Positions 1 through 8,164 of a stretch of 40,624 bases of DNA are shown piece by piece (the stretch's first letter is position 1; each line of letters begins with the position of its first letter). The position numbers were made by a program, and so were the translations under genes. The notes below the pieces were generated by a model that had not been told where the DNA came from, searched no databases, and saw only the letters and a program-made list of their open reading frames with translations. Source of the DNA: Candidatus Eiseniibacteriota bacterium (lineage in GTDB: Bacteria; Arandabacterota; Arandabacteria; Arandabacterales; Arandabacteraceae); assembly GCA_043810925.1 (NCBI GenBank), contig JBDRNT010000158.1, positions 1 through 40,624 of the forward strand, read 5' to 3'.

Positions 1-40
1 TGGTAAGATCTCTCATTGTCAGGGTCACCTTTGGCTGCAA
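1..40 (-). CDS. Probable transposase, N-terminus only (MQPKVTLTMRDLT...)
   Basis: SD GGAGGAGGTG (47-56) lies upstream of TTG at 40. The translation resembles the 'xITMTMRELDR' N-termini of ISNCY/IS1202 transposases. Only 13 codons are visible. Confidence 0.6.
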   Translation of the reverse strand, partial: MQPKVTLTMRDLT

Positions 41-140
41 GACATTCACCTCCTCCTATCAAGTTGAGGTGTCAGTCTAAGGCAGCCGACCCTGACATTT
101 CTATTATGCGGAAACCTGACATTATTATGTTGCCGTTACA
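1..140 (-). mobile_element. Left end of an IS1202/ISNCY-like insertion sequence (continues beyond window start)
   Basis: On the minus strand the end begins TGTAACGGCAAC at 140 and is followed by two subterminal repeats (plus strand cctgacatttctatt 91-105 and cctgacattattatg 115-129). A strong SD and a transposase-like start follow. A TGT terminus with repeated binding sites is typical of IS1202/IS481/IS21-type ends. Confidence 0.7.
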
Positions 141-268
141 CTCTAAAGAGTGGTGTGGCTTGAACCCCGCTTGAGTGGGCTTCGAGGCGGGCGGTTCCGC
201 ATCAGTGAAGAAGGTCATGCTGCTTAGGTGGCGATGATTGTCCTGTCTGGACAGTCGTACGGACCGCA

Positions 269-1489
269 TCAGTGACGGTCACCCTTATGCACCCGGAAGT
301 CCACCTCGTCGTAAGGTCTTGTCTCCCCGCGGATCAGGTCTGACTCCCTCCCCCTCAAATAGAGATCGAAGAAGGCAAGGGTGTACGCGTTTGTGATATC
401 AAGCATGCGCCGGCCATCTACGGTTCCAATCATGGGATGTTCCCGATGGAGCAGGGTGAAATCGGTAAAATCATAGTGATCCGCATCAGCTATGATGAGT
501 GTATACGCATCACCCGAAGCATGGCCGGCAAAGACCTCATCATAGCCTACGAACCGCTTGCTACCCATATAGAACATGGGCTGGGTAACAACTGTATCCG
601 CGAGATCGCCCAATAGCCCACCGTCGATGTTCATACCGGCCTTGATCCGGGGTTCGATAAGGCAGGCCTGACCTGTCGCAATCCCACCCATCGACATACC
701 CATGACACCGAGTCTTCCCAGATCGAGCTTCCCTTTGAACAGTTCATCCGACCTGTTGAGCAAGTCGAGTTGATCGATCACGAACCTGATATCATCCGCC
801 CAGAGACGCGGGCTTTCACCAAGAAATGTCGGCAAAAACTCCACCGTCTGCCTGAACAGCGATTCCTGGGCGGCAGCACCCCTGGTGGTGAATGTGGCCT
901 GGAAGAGATCCATCATCCCGGGCTTGCTTTGCTCTCCGAATATCTTCTGGAATCTTGGACTTCCGGGATCGAGAAGCCCGAGTTTGCCATCCGGATAAGC
1001 CCAGAACTTGGCCTCATAGTGATGGGCCAAACTGAAAACAATGTAGCCGTGGCTGGCAAGCTCCTCCATCAGCACCGTGTTCTGTGCCGCATGCTCACCC
1101 CAACCATGGTTGAAAAGTATAACCGGATACTTGTCCTCGTCGCGGCTGACCGGGATTTCAATGTTTGAGTGAGTGGTAAGACCCAGAAGCGTCGACGGGT
1201 AACCGAATCTCCCTACGATTACCTCGGCATTCTCATAGTATGGCGCCGTGCTGGCCTCCTTAGCCGCATCACCGGGATACCAGACTCTAACGGTGATTTC
1301 ACGATGGTCGGCGGGATCGTCCGTAAACAGCTCCGGCCTGGTCTCATCCACAAAAACCATGTGGTCCGTACCGACGGGATGGTCCCCGGTCGGCTGGGGC
1401 AGGCTGACCTCCTCAGACATGCAAACGCCTGTACACAGAATGAGTGTAGATACCAGAACAAGTATAGACACAAAGATAAGGGCCCTCAC
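269..1489 (-). CDS. Secreted alpha/beta hydrolase (PAF-acetylhydrolase/chlorophyllase-like)
   Basis: SD GAGGAGG then GTG at 1489; signal peptide; motifs PVILFNHG, EELASHGY, nucleophile GMSMGG, NIDG, HYDFTD. Confidence 0.88.
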   Translation of the reverse strand: MRALIFVSILVLVSTLILCTGVCMSEEVSLPQPTGDHPVGTDHMVFVDETRPELFTDDPADHREITVRVWYPGDAAKEASTAPYYENAEVIVGRFGYPSTLLGLTTHSNIEIPVSRDEDKYPVILFNHGWGEHAAQNTVLMEELASHGYIVFSLAHHYEAKFWAYPDGKLGLLDPGSPRFQKIFGEQSKPGMMDLFQATFTTRGAAAQESLFRQTVEFLPTFLGESPRLWADDIRFVIDQLDLLNRSDELFKGKLDLGRLGVMGMSMGGIATGQACLIEPRIKAGMNIDGGLLGDLADTVVTQPMFYMGSKRFVGYDEVFAGHASGDAYTLIIADADHYDFTDFTLLHREHPMIGTVDGRRMLDITNAYTLAFFDLYLRGRESDLIRGETRPYDEVDFRVHKGDRH

Positions 1490-1853
1490 ACTATCCTCCT
1501 CATTTGCTGGACTCAATATATCCTGCGTATTCTGCAAGCTGCAAGACTTATACCAGAGGTCAATCCGGTTGCGATATGGGTCTATCAGTTTAACTATCAA
1601 CATAGCAACAGAATACCGTTGTCGCGAAGACCCGTCGGCAGGCCGGGCTGAGTTTATCTGTGATATCGCCACGGTTCTCACGTTAGTTGACACACTCCTG
1701 TTCCAGAGGCGCGCCAGGTATTCCATAGCGGGTGCGCCTCCTTTCCTAGGAACCACATGGGTGGTCGAACGGTCTAAAGGAGGAGAACGGGTGCAGGTGG
1801 ATGCGGGTGGAGGAGTTGTGGGCTCACAGGACATTGTAGCAAGGGAGAAGAGA

Positions 1854-2510
1854 GTGAAATTTCATGTAATCTTGATTGTCGCGTTGTTGTTTTGTGCCTT
1901 GTCTTCAGTCGACACTGCCATGGGGCAGGAATGCGGTCCTGGTTGCCCCGTTTGCTCGGGGAAGGCCGCCGGCAATTTGCTGCCACCGACAACGTTACTT
2001 GGCTCGGGGCTCTACATCCCCAATGGTGAAGAGGAGACTGCTGTCTTCAAGCTGCGCTACGGGGTGATCTCCTGGATGGATGCGGGGGTAGGGTATGCGG
2101 TCGATACGGAGGAGTTCATCTGGAGTGTTCGTGTGGAGCCGATTGCAGAGGATTCAGACGGCTGGCGTCCGGCGCTCGTTCTGGGTACCGGAAGTGTGCA
2201 GACGGGTGGAAGCGACCAGTCAGGGTACATTCAGATTGCCAAGACACGCGAGATCGTTGAGGGTATCTTCGGTATCAGTGCATCAGGTGGTTATGCCACG
2301 GACCTTCCGGATATGCGGGAAGACTGGGGCCTGGGATCGTTCACCGCGACGCTTTTCGACAGGGTGAGCCCGTTCTACACCTATGACGGAGCCAGCTCAC
2401 ACGCAGGCCTATCCTTTTTCGCCACGGATTGGCTGACCCTGACCGGCTACGCCCTGGAGATGGAGGAAACAGCCGTGTCAGCCAGCCTCCAGTGGTGCAT
2501 CGGTGAATAG
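1854..2510 (+). CDS. Exported protein, likely small outer-membrane beta-barrel, with N-terminal CxxxCxxC
   Basis: GTG at 1854 after GGGAGAAG; signal peptide ending AMG-Q; CGPGCPVC; alternating aromatic/Gly beta-strand pattern. Confidence 0.7.
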   Translation: MKFHVILIVALLFCALSSVDTAMGQECGPGCPVCSGKAAGNLLPPTTLLGSGLYIPNGEEETAVFKLRYGVISWMDAGVGYAVDTEEFIWSVRVEPIAEDSDGWRPALVLGTGSVQTGGSDQSGYIQIAKTREIVEGIFGISASGGYATDLPDMREDWGLGSFTATLFDRVSPFYTYDGASSHAGLSFFATDWLTLTGYALEMEETAVSASLQWCIGE

Positions 2511-2518
2511 CAGATGTC

Positions 2519-3901
2519 CTATCTATACAATGCCTTGATCGCCCCCCAGCTTAAGGGCTCCACTGCATTTCCGCAGGCCGGGCAGCCCTGGCTTTCCGCT
2601 CCCACGAGGTCCGGCCATGTTTCCCCGGCCAGACAGGGCGAATCCCCGCATAGGGTATAGTTCCCGCTGGGCATGTCGCAGAACAGGGGGTCTAAGTTTT
2701 CGATGTCATGGAAGTTGCCGCCACATAGCGTGTCGGTGTCGGCGTTTCCATACACGAAGCAGTGATGAATATATGGTGTCTCCGTGCCGTCCCTGCAATT
2801 GACCGGACCCAGAAGTGCAGAGAAGGCAAGGATAGAATACTCAATCGTGGGCGATGAATCATGACACCAGATGTGGTCACCCTGATTGTCGGCAAACGTG
2901 CAGTTCGTAATCGTGGGATTCGAGCTGTACACGCAGTTGAGACCCGCAGCAGCGGCACCCCATGTCGTCACGTTCTTGGCAAAGGTACAACCACTTATAG
3001 TCCCGCCGGCACTGTATGTGAAATGCGCTCCACCTGAATTGCCCGCAGTGTTGCTAATGAACAGGCAGTCGGTGAGAGTTACATCAGAGGAGTTCACATG
3101 TAGGCCACCCCCGACAACAGCGACAGCAGCGCCGTTCTCCATGAATGTGCACTCGGTAAAAGTGGTACCGTCAGAGTGCGAGACTCGAGCACCCGCCCCT
3201 TCCTGACCGTAGCCTATCAGGTTGTTCCCTGTGTAGGTGCAGCCCTGGCAGATCGGGGAAGAGTAGTCCGCATACAGGCCTCCGCCGGAGTAGTAGGCCT
3301 GGTTGAGCGCAAAATCGGTGCCGGAAACCAGCGGGGATGAGCCGCCGAGGCATGCCATGCCACCGCCGTGGCCATCGTTGGGCCCACTCTGACTGGCTAG
3401 ATTGGCTTCAAACCTGCAGTCCCGCACGATCGGCGAGGAATTCAGGCAGCAAAGACCGCCACCCCGCTTCTGAGCTGTATTACTGAGGAAGACGCAGTCT
3501 TCGAACCGTGGACTCGATCCGTTTTCACAAAACGCCCCGGCGCCGCTGTCGGCCACCGCATCTGTGATAGTGAAACCTCTGACCACGGAAGTCGTGTCCT
3601 CCCCGTTATGGAAATGGAACCCGCGAACGGCGTCCTCGCAGTCGACAATGGTCGTCGCGGAACCCACATCCGACATCAACACCAGGTTGGTGCCAACAAA
3701 GTCTAGGTTGCGGTTGCCCGCACCGATGTAGGTCCCGACCAAGACCAGGACTGTGTCGCCTGTCGCCGCGGAATCGATGCCGGCCTGGATGGTTGTGTAA
3801 TCACCGGTACCCGACCAGTCCACTGTGATTGTTGTCGCGCTTACATCCGACACAGCCAGACAGACCAGCACACATAACATCGGGATAGTGAGTGTCTTCA
3901 T
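2519..3901 (-). CDS. Secreted right-handed parallel beta-helix repeat protein with C-terminal SWGAIKALYR tail
   Basis: SD GGAGG, ATG at 3901; signal peptide; GDYTTIQAGID start motif; repeated 'CxFxxNxA..GGG' units; DPLFC...SPC terminal segment. Confidence 0.88.
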   Translation of the reverse strand: MKTLTIPMLCVLVCLAVSDVSATTITVDWSGTGDYTTIQAGIDSAATGDTVLVLVGTYIGAGNRNLDFVGTNLVLMSDVGSATTIVDCEDAVRGFHFHNGEDTTSVVRGFTITDAVADSGAGAFCENGSSPRFEDCVFLSNTAQKRGGGLCCLNSSPIVRDCRFEANLASQSGPNDGHGGGMACLGGSSPLVSGTDFALNQAYYSGGGLYADYSSPICQGCTYTGNNLIGYGQEGAGARVSHSDGTTFTECTFMENGAAVAVVGGGLHVNSSDVTLTDCLFISNTAGNSGGAHFTYSAGGTISGCTFAKNVTTWGAAAAGLNCVYSSNPTITNCTFADNQGDHIWCHDSSPTIEYSILAFSALLGPVNCRDGTETPYIHHCFVYGNADTDTLCGGNFHDIENLDPLFCDMPSGNYTLCGDSPCLAGETWPDLVGAESQGCPACGNAVEPLSWGAIKALYR

Positions 3902-4072
3902 GGCCAGACCTCCCATCTTCAGCAACCATTATTCCTCTTACCATATTCCAGCGACTGTTGCAACATGGGTGCGCTCTCTATTCGATAATACACAATACAC
4001 TGACTTGTAATGAGCCCGCGGGTTCCGGTGACAACCTGAGAATCCCTTTGCCTGCGCCGGTCGATCAGGCCG

Positions 4073-4103
4073 TTGACGTAAGCCATACAGGGTGTGTTAT
4101 ACT
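4073..4103 (+). promoter_or_regulatory. Putative sigma70 promoter for corA
   Basis: TTGACG (4073) and an extended -10 TGT-TATACT (4095-4103); the 19-nt spacer is slightly long. Confidence 0.45.
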
Positions 4104-4129
4104 GCGCTGGAAGCGGGAGGTGAAGACCC

Positions 4130-5194
4130 ATGTCAAGGCTGATCAGAAAGAAGTCCGATAGGGCGGGGCTTCCGCCGGGAACAATACCGCCGATGACCGA
4201 AGAGACAACTGTGAAGCTTCGGATTACGGCAATCGACTATGATGAATCGAAGTTTGAGGAGATTGAAGCCGAGACCATCGAGGACGTCCTGCCATTTAAG
4301 ACCAGGCCGACCGTCACCTGGATCAATCTGGACGGCATCCAGCGCACCGACATCATAGAGGAAATAGGGAAGCAGTTCGGCATTCATCCACTTGTGCTCG
4401 AGGACATCGCGAACACGGGGCAGCGGCCGAAGATGGAGGACTTCGGTGACTACTTGTTTGTGGTAATCAGGATGCTGTGTAACGACGCGAATACAGACGA
4501 TGTCAGATCGGAACAGGTCAGCATGGTCGTCGGCCCCAACTTCGTGATCTCATTTCAGGAGGTCGAGGGAGACGTATTCGACACGATCAGAGATAGAATC
4601 CGCAAGGCAAAAGGGCGAATAAGAAAGATGGGAGCCGACTACCTTGCCTATGCCCTGATCGATGCGGTCGTCGACAACTACTTCCTCATCCTGGAGAAGT
4701 TCGGTGAACGTATAGAGGGGATGGAAGACGAACTGATAGCGAACCCGTCACCCGAAGCCCTCCAGACGATACACACTCTTAAAAGGGAACTGATATACCT
4801 TCGGAAATCGGTTTGGCCGCTGAGGGAAACCATCAGCGGAATGCAGAGATCCGAATCAAGACTGGTCGCGGATACCACACAGATCTATCTGAGAGACGTT
4901 TATGATCACACGATACAGGTTATTGACACGGTGGAGTCGTTTCGTGACATGGTCTCGGGGATGCTCGACACTTATCTCTCCAGCGTCAGCAACAGAATGA
5001 ACGAGGTTATGAAGGTCCTGACAATCATAGCAACCATATTCATACCCATTACTTTCATCGCCGGCATCTACGGGATGAACTTCGCATTCATGCCGGAGCT
5101 TGCGTGGAGAGGATCATATTATGTCGTTCTCGGCGTAATGACGGCCTCCGCACTGGCGATGGTCATCTACTTCAGGAGAAAGCGATGGTTGTAG
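4130..5194 (+). CDS. corA: Magnesium/cobalt transporter CorA
   Basis: GLPPGT N-terminus, HPLVLEDI, QRPK, MNEVMKVLT, GIYGMNF signature, MPEL, two C-terminal TM helices. Confidence 0.96.
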   Translation: MSRLIRKKSDRAGLPPGTIPPMTEETTVKLRITAIDYDESKFEEIEAETIEDVLPFKTRPTVTWINLDGIQRTDIIEEIGKQFGIHPLVLEDIANTGQRPKMEDFGDYLFVVIRMLCNDANTDDVRSEQVSMVVGPNFVISFQEVEGDVFDTIRDRIRKAKGRIRKMGADYLAYALIDAVVDNYFLILEKFGERIEGMEDELIANPSPEALQTIHTLKRELIYLRKSVWPLRETISGMQRSESRLVADTTQIYLRDVYDHTIQVIDTVESFRDMVSGMLDTYLSSVSNRMNEVMKVLTIIATIFIPITFIAGIYGMNFAFMPELAWRGSYYVVLGVMTASALAMVIYFRRKRWL

Positions 5195-5202
5195 GGGCTG
5201 GA

Positions 5203-5934
5203 ATGAAAAGGAGTGAGATTCGATCTATCGAAGCATTCGATCTGTGGCCAGGACGTGTGTTGGTCAAGAAGTATCGCGTCCTTTCCAGGCTGGGAGGTGG
5301 CTGGGAGGGCGAGGTTTACCGCGTCCTTGAGATCAGGACGGGCATAGAACGAGCTGCCAAGATCTTCTACCCTCAGAGGAATCCAGGTAATCGCACCGTC
5401 AAGCGTTACGCGCGTCGGCTGCACAATCTTCGTCAATGCCCGATCGTGCTTCAATATCACACCGAGGAGGTTTTTACATTCAGGAGGATCCCGGTATCGT
5501 TCCTTGTATCAGAGTATGTCGGCGGTGATGTCCTCCCCGCATTCCTGAAGAAGCGCCCCGGAGGAAGGCTTACTGCCTTTGAGGGCTTGCACCTCCTCCA
5601 TGCGCTCGCCGGCGGGATTGAGTCCATCCATGCCCAGAATGAGTATCATGGCGATCTCCACGCGGAGAACATCATAGTCCGACGGTTTGGCCTGGCATCC
5701 GACCTGAAGCTGATTGACCTGTACAATTGGGATCTTTCGAAACGGGAGAATCGTCAGGATGACATTTGCGACCTTGTAAGGTTGCTGTACGATTCAGTCG
5801 GTGGCAGGAAGCATTACGCGCGCCAGCCTGTTCCAATCAAGTACATCTGCTCGGGTCTTAAGAGATCCCTGATCTTAAGAAAATTCAGAACCGTCTCGAA
5901 ACTTCGAAAGCACTTAGAAACCATGGAGTGGTAA
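5203..5934 (+). CDS. Small Ser/Thr protein kinase-like protein
   Basis: Gly loop LGGGWEGEVY, AAKIF lysine, HGDLHAENI catalytic loop, KLIDL; starts 8 bp after the corA stop. Confidence 0.85.
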   Translation: MKRSEIRSIEAFDLWPGRVLVKKYRVLSRLGGGWEGEVYRVLEIRTGIERAAKIFYPQRNPGNRTVKRYARRLHNLRQCPIVLQYHTEEVFTFRRIPVSFLVSEYVGGDVLPAFLKKRPGGRLTAFEGLHLLHALAGGIESIHAQNEYHGDLHAENIIVRRFGLASDLKLIDLYNWDLSKRENRQDDICDLVRLLYDSVGGRKHYARQPVPIKYICSGLKRSLILRKFRTVSKLRKHLETMEW

Positions 5935-5949
5935 TCATTTGCGACAGCA

Positions 5950-5973
5950 GGCCGGCAACCGGCCTTGCCGGCC
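5950..5973. terminator. GC-rich hairpin between convergent genes
   Basis: GGCCGGCAA-ccggcc-TTGCCGGCC, a perfect 9-bp stem; no long U tract. Confidence 0.5.
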
Positions 5974-6028
5974 AAACGCAGTCCTCCCGGCAGTGCTCTC
6001 GGAATCGGCAAACTGTTACCGGATTATG

Positions 6029-7891
6029 TTAGTAAAGCTTCTCCAGTTTGAGTGTGAGGTTCTGCTCTTTGCCGCCACGCCCGACTACGAAATCGAATGT
6101 CGTGCCGGGCTCGGCCATCAAGAGTTCTCGCGTGGCGATCACGCCGTCCAGCGGTTCAACGACGTTGCCATCAATCGACTTGATTATATCGCCCTTCTGG
6201 AACCCGGCCTGCTCCGCGGGGGTATCCGGTGAGACATAAAGGACTTCAACACCATCCCGGCTGACCGTCCAGCCGATGTTAAGACCTGAGCCGTCCTCCG
6301 GCCAGGGCTGGTTGAATTTCTCCCCTTTCTCCAGGATCACCTGCTCGGTCTCGTAGTCGACGTATACGACGAAGTTGCGGAATAGGGAATTTCCGAGAAT
6401 ACCGAGCTTGTCCGCGGCAAAGACGGTGTCGGTACCACCATAGGAAAAGCTGATATCAGGATCATCCAGCGTGTATCCGGCAAACTCGATGCTATCTCCC
6501 TTCACGCCCTTTATCTGCATTTCGTTAGCTGCACCGTGGCCCATCCGGAGCACCCCGTCCAGCTCCGTATACCCTTCACGCAGAGCGTAGCTGCCGTCCA
6601 GGTGAGTCACCCCTGCACCCAGGTCAAAGAGCCATGTCCCTGAGTGAGTTCCATCCAGTACAGCCTTGGTTCTGAAAACGCTCTCCTCGAGATGCACGTC
6701 GATCGAACTGCCATCACCTGTATAGTCGAATGTCTCCGGATCGTAGAACGAAACCAGCTCATTGGCATAGTCGACCTTTGTTACAAAGCGCGACAGGAAA
6801 TCGAACCCGAGGATCCCGGCAATGTCGATACCGAGCCGCCGGATAAGCTCACTCATGTCGATCACCGCAACGGTCTGTTCCTTGAACCTGATCCCCTTAA
6901 GCTCATATGGCGGCAGGACAGTGAAACTGGCATCGACTGTCCCGGCCGCACCGCGGCCCTTGAGATCCCCCTTGGCCTCCAGGCCTATCTCATCAGCAAA
7001 TGCCTTGTCGACGACACTCATGCCTGCACCCGTATCGAGTACCCACAGACGCTCCTTGCCTGCCGTGATGACCGGAACATAGAGATGGTTGCCGACAAAC
7101 CTGAACGGGATGTTCTCCGAAGCAGAGCCGGCAATGAACTCATAGTCCTTGCCCTTCTCCGCCGGCGGATCAAAAAGGGATGGGTCGACATCAATGTTCG
7201 ACTCATAGCTCATCCAGGTGATCTCTTGAACCTGACCGGTCTGGTAGGGTATGACCTTGTTATAGAAGGCCACAAGCATCCCATCGGCCTCCCTGTGGTC
7301 ACCGTAGAAGGTGTCGCCGCTTTTCTCACCCTGAATCGCCACGCTCTTTTCAAGATTGAAGCCATCGACACTGATGTAGTAGGTGTGATGGTCGGTGTTT
7401 ATGCTATTGGCTATTTTGATAGCGTAGCAGTCGGTCTCTTCCACCATCTCGATGCCTTCGAAGGTTACGGTGAATGCGTCGCTGCCTGGATCGGCATACT
7501 CGTAGTCATCCATCCGGCGCTCGACATCTTTGCGTTTGAGCGTTGCCTCATCCGGCTTGGTCATCTTCTGGACCTTCCCATTGGTGTCAAGCATCCATGA
7601 GATGTCGCCGTTATCTCCCTCGGTGACATTGATCACGGCCAGATTGATCTCCACCCGGCTCCGGCCGGGTTTCGCGGTCCAGAGCCTGATCGGCCCCTTC
7701 ATGCCTCCAATCGAGAATTCACCTTCGAAATGCTGGGTACGTACGGCTTTCAGGCGTTCGAGTCCCCCCGAGGCTTCGAAATACTTGTTGAGTATCTTGT
7801 ATGGGTCGGTCATCTCCTGTCCGTGGCAGGCGCCGGCAAGAATGACAGCAACGCCAAGTACGGCAATGCACTGTGTTCCCAGAGACTTCAT
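6029..7891 (-). CDS. Secreted retropepsin-type aspartyl protease with N-terminal LolA-like region and C-terminal PDZ
   Basis: SD GAGAGGAGG, ATG at 7891; signal peptide; two Asp motifs VLDTGA and LFDLGA with GILG motifs; PDZ 'SPDTPAEQAGFQKGDIIKSIDG'. Confidence 0.88.
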   Translation of the reverse strand: MKSLGTQCIAVLGVAVILAGACHGQEMTDPYKILNKYFEASGGLERLKAVRTQHFEGEFSIGGMKGPIRLWTAKPGRSRVEINLAVINVTEGDNGDISWMLDTNGKVQKMTKPDEATLKRKDVERRMDDYEYADPGSDAFTVTFEGIEMVEETDCYAIKIANSINTDHHTYYISVDGFNLEKSVAIQGEKSGDTFYGDHREADGMLVAFYNKVIPYQTGQVQEITWMSYESNIDVDPSLFDPPAEKGKDYEFIAGSASENIPFRFVGNHLYVPVITAGKERLWVLDTGAGMSVVDKAFADEIGLEAKGDLKGRGAAGTVDASFTVLPPYELKGIRFKEQTVAVIDMSELIRRLGIDIAGILGFDFLSRFVTKVDYANELVSFYDPETFDYTGDGSSIDVHLEESVFRTKAVLDGTHSGTWLFDLGAGVTHLDGSYALREGYTELDGVLRMGHGAANEMQIKGVKGDSIEFAGYTLDDPDISFSYGGTDTVFAADKLGILGNSLFRNFVVYVDYETEQVILEKGEKFNQPWPEDGSGLNIGWTVSRDGVEVLYVSPDTPAEQAGFQKGDIIKSIDGNVVEPLDGVIATRELLMAEPGTTFDFVVGRGGKEQNLTLKLEKLY

Positions 7892-7982
7892 GGAGTTCCT
7901 CCTCTCAACCGATTGGCCCTTACCGGGCTGACAGATCCATCTAAGACAGGGTAACAGAAACACCTCTCCACAATCCATAACA

Positions 7983-7998
7983 AGCAAAGCTCATGCCA
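7983..7998 (-). promoter_or_regulatory. Putative sigma54 (-24/-12) promoter upstream of the aspartyl protease
   Basis: The minus strand reads TGGCATGAGCTTTGCT, matching TGGCAC-N5-TTGC with exact spacing, about 90 bp upstream of the start codon. Confidence 0.6.
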
Positions 7999-8164
7999 GG
8001 GAGGTGGACGGCGACAACACGGGCTATCGGCTTATCTGGCGGATTCCCAATCAGTTACGTATGACGATAACGCCGGTCGACCGGCAGGCGTGGGCCACTG
8101 TCAGCCCCTGCAACGGTCTCCACATGATCTGACACACACCCCAGACCCCACCACTCATGCCAGT

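Noticed and set aside
141-175. Possible dif/xrs site next to the IS1202-like end
   Set aside because: The flank shows no XerC/XerD arm pattern (no TTATG-type arm). The TTATG strings nearby lie inside the IS end repeats.
1248-1853. Long overlapping antisense ORF extensions (269..1834 minus and 1248..2510 plus)
   Set aside because: Both genes have SD plus signal-peptide starts further in (1489 and 1854); the extensions look like non-coding open frames.
1932-1955. CxxxCxxC read as a radical SAM motif
   Set aside because: The protein is exported, short and beta-rich, with no radical SAM barrel motifs.
4014-4033. cccgcgggttccgg shared with 11357-11370 and followed by tgaca
   Set aside because: A 14-bp GC-rich match with only a partial repeat core; too weak to count as a repeat copy without a statistical scan.
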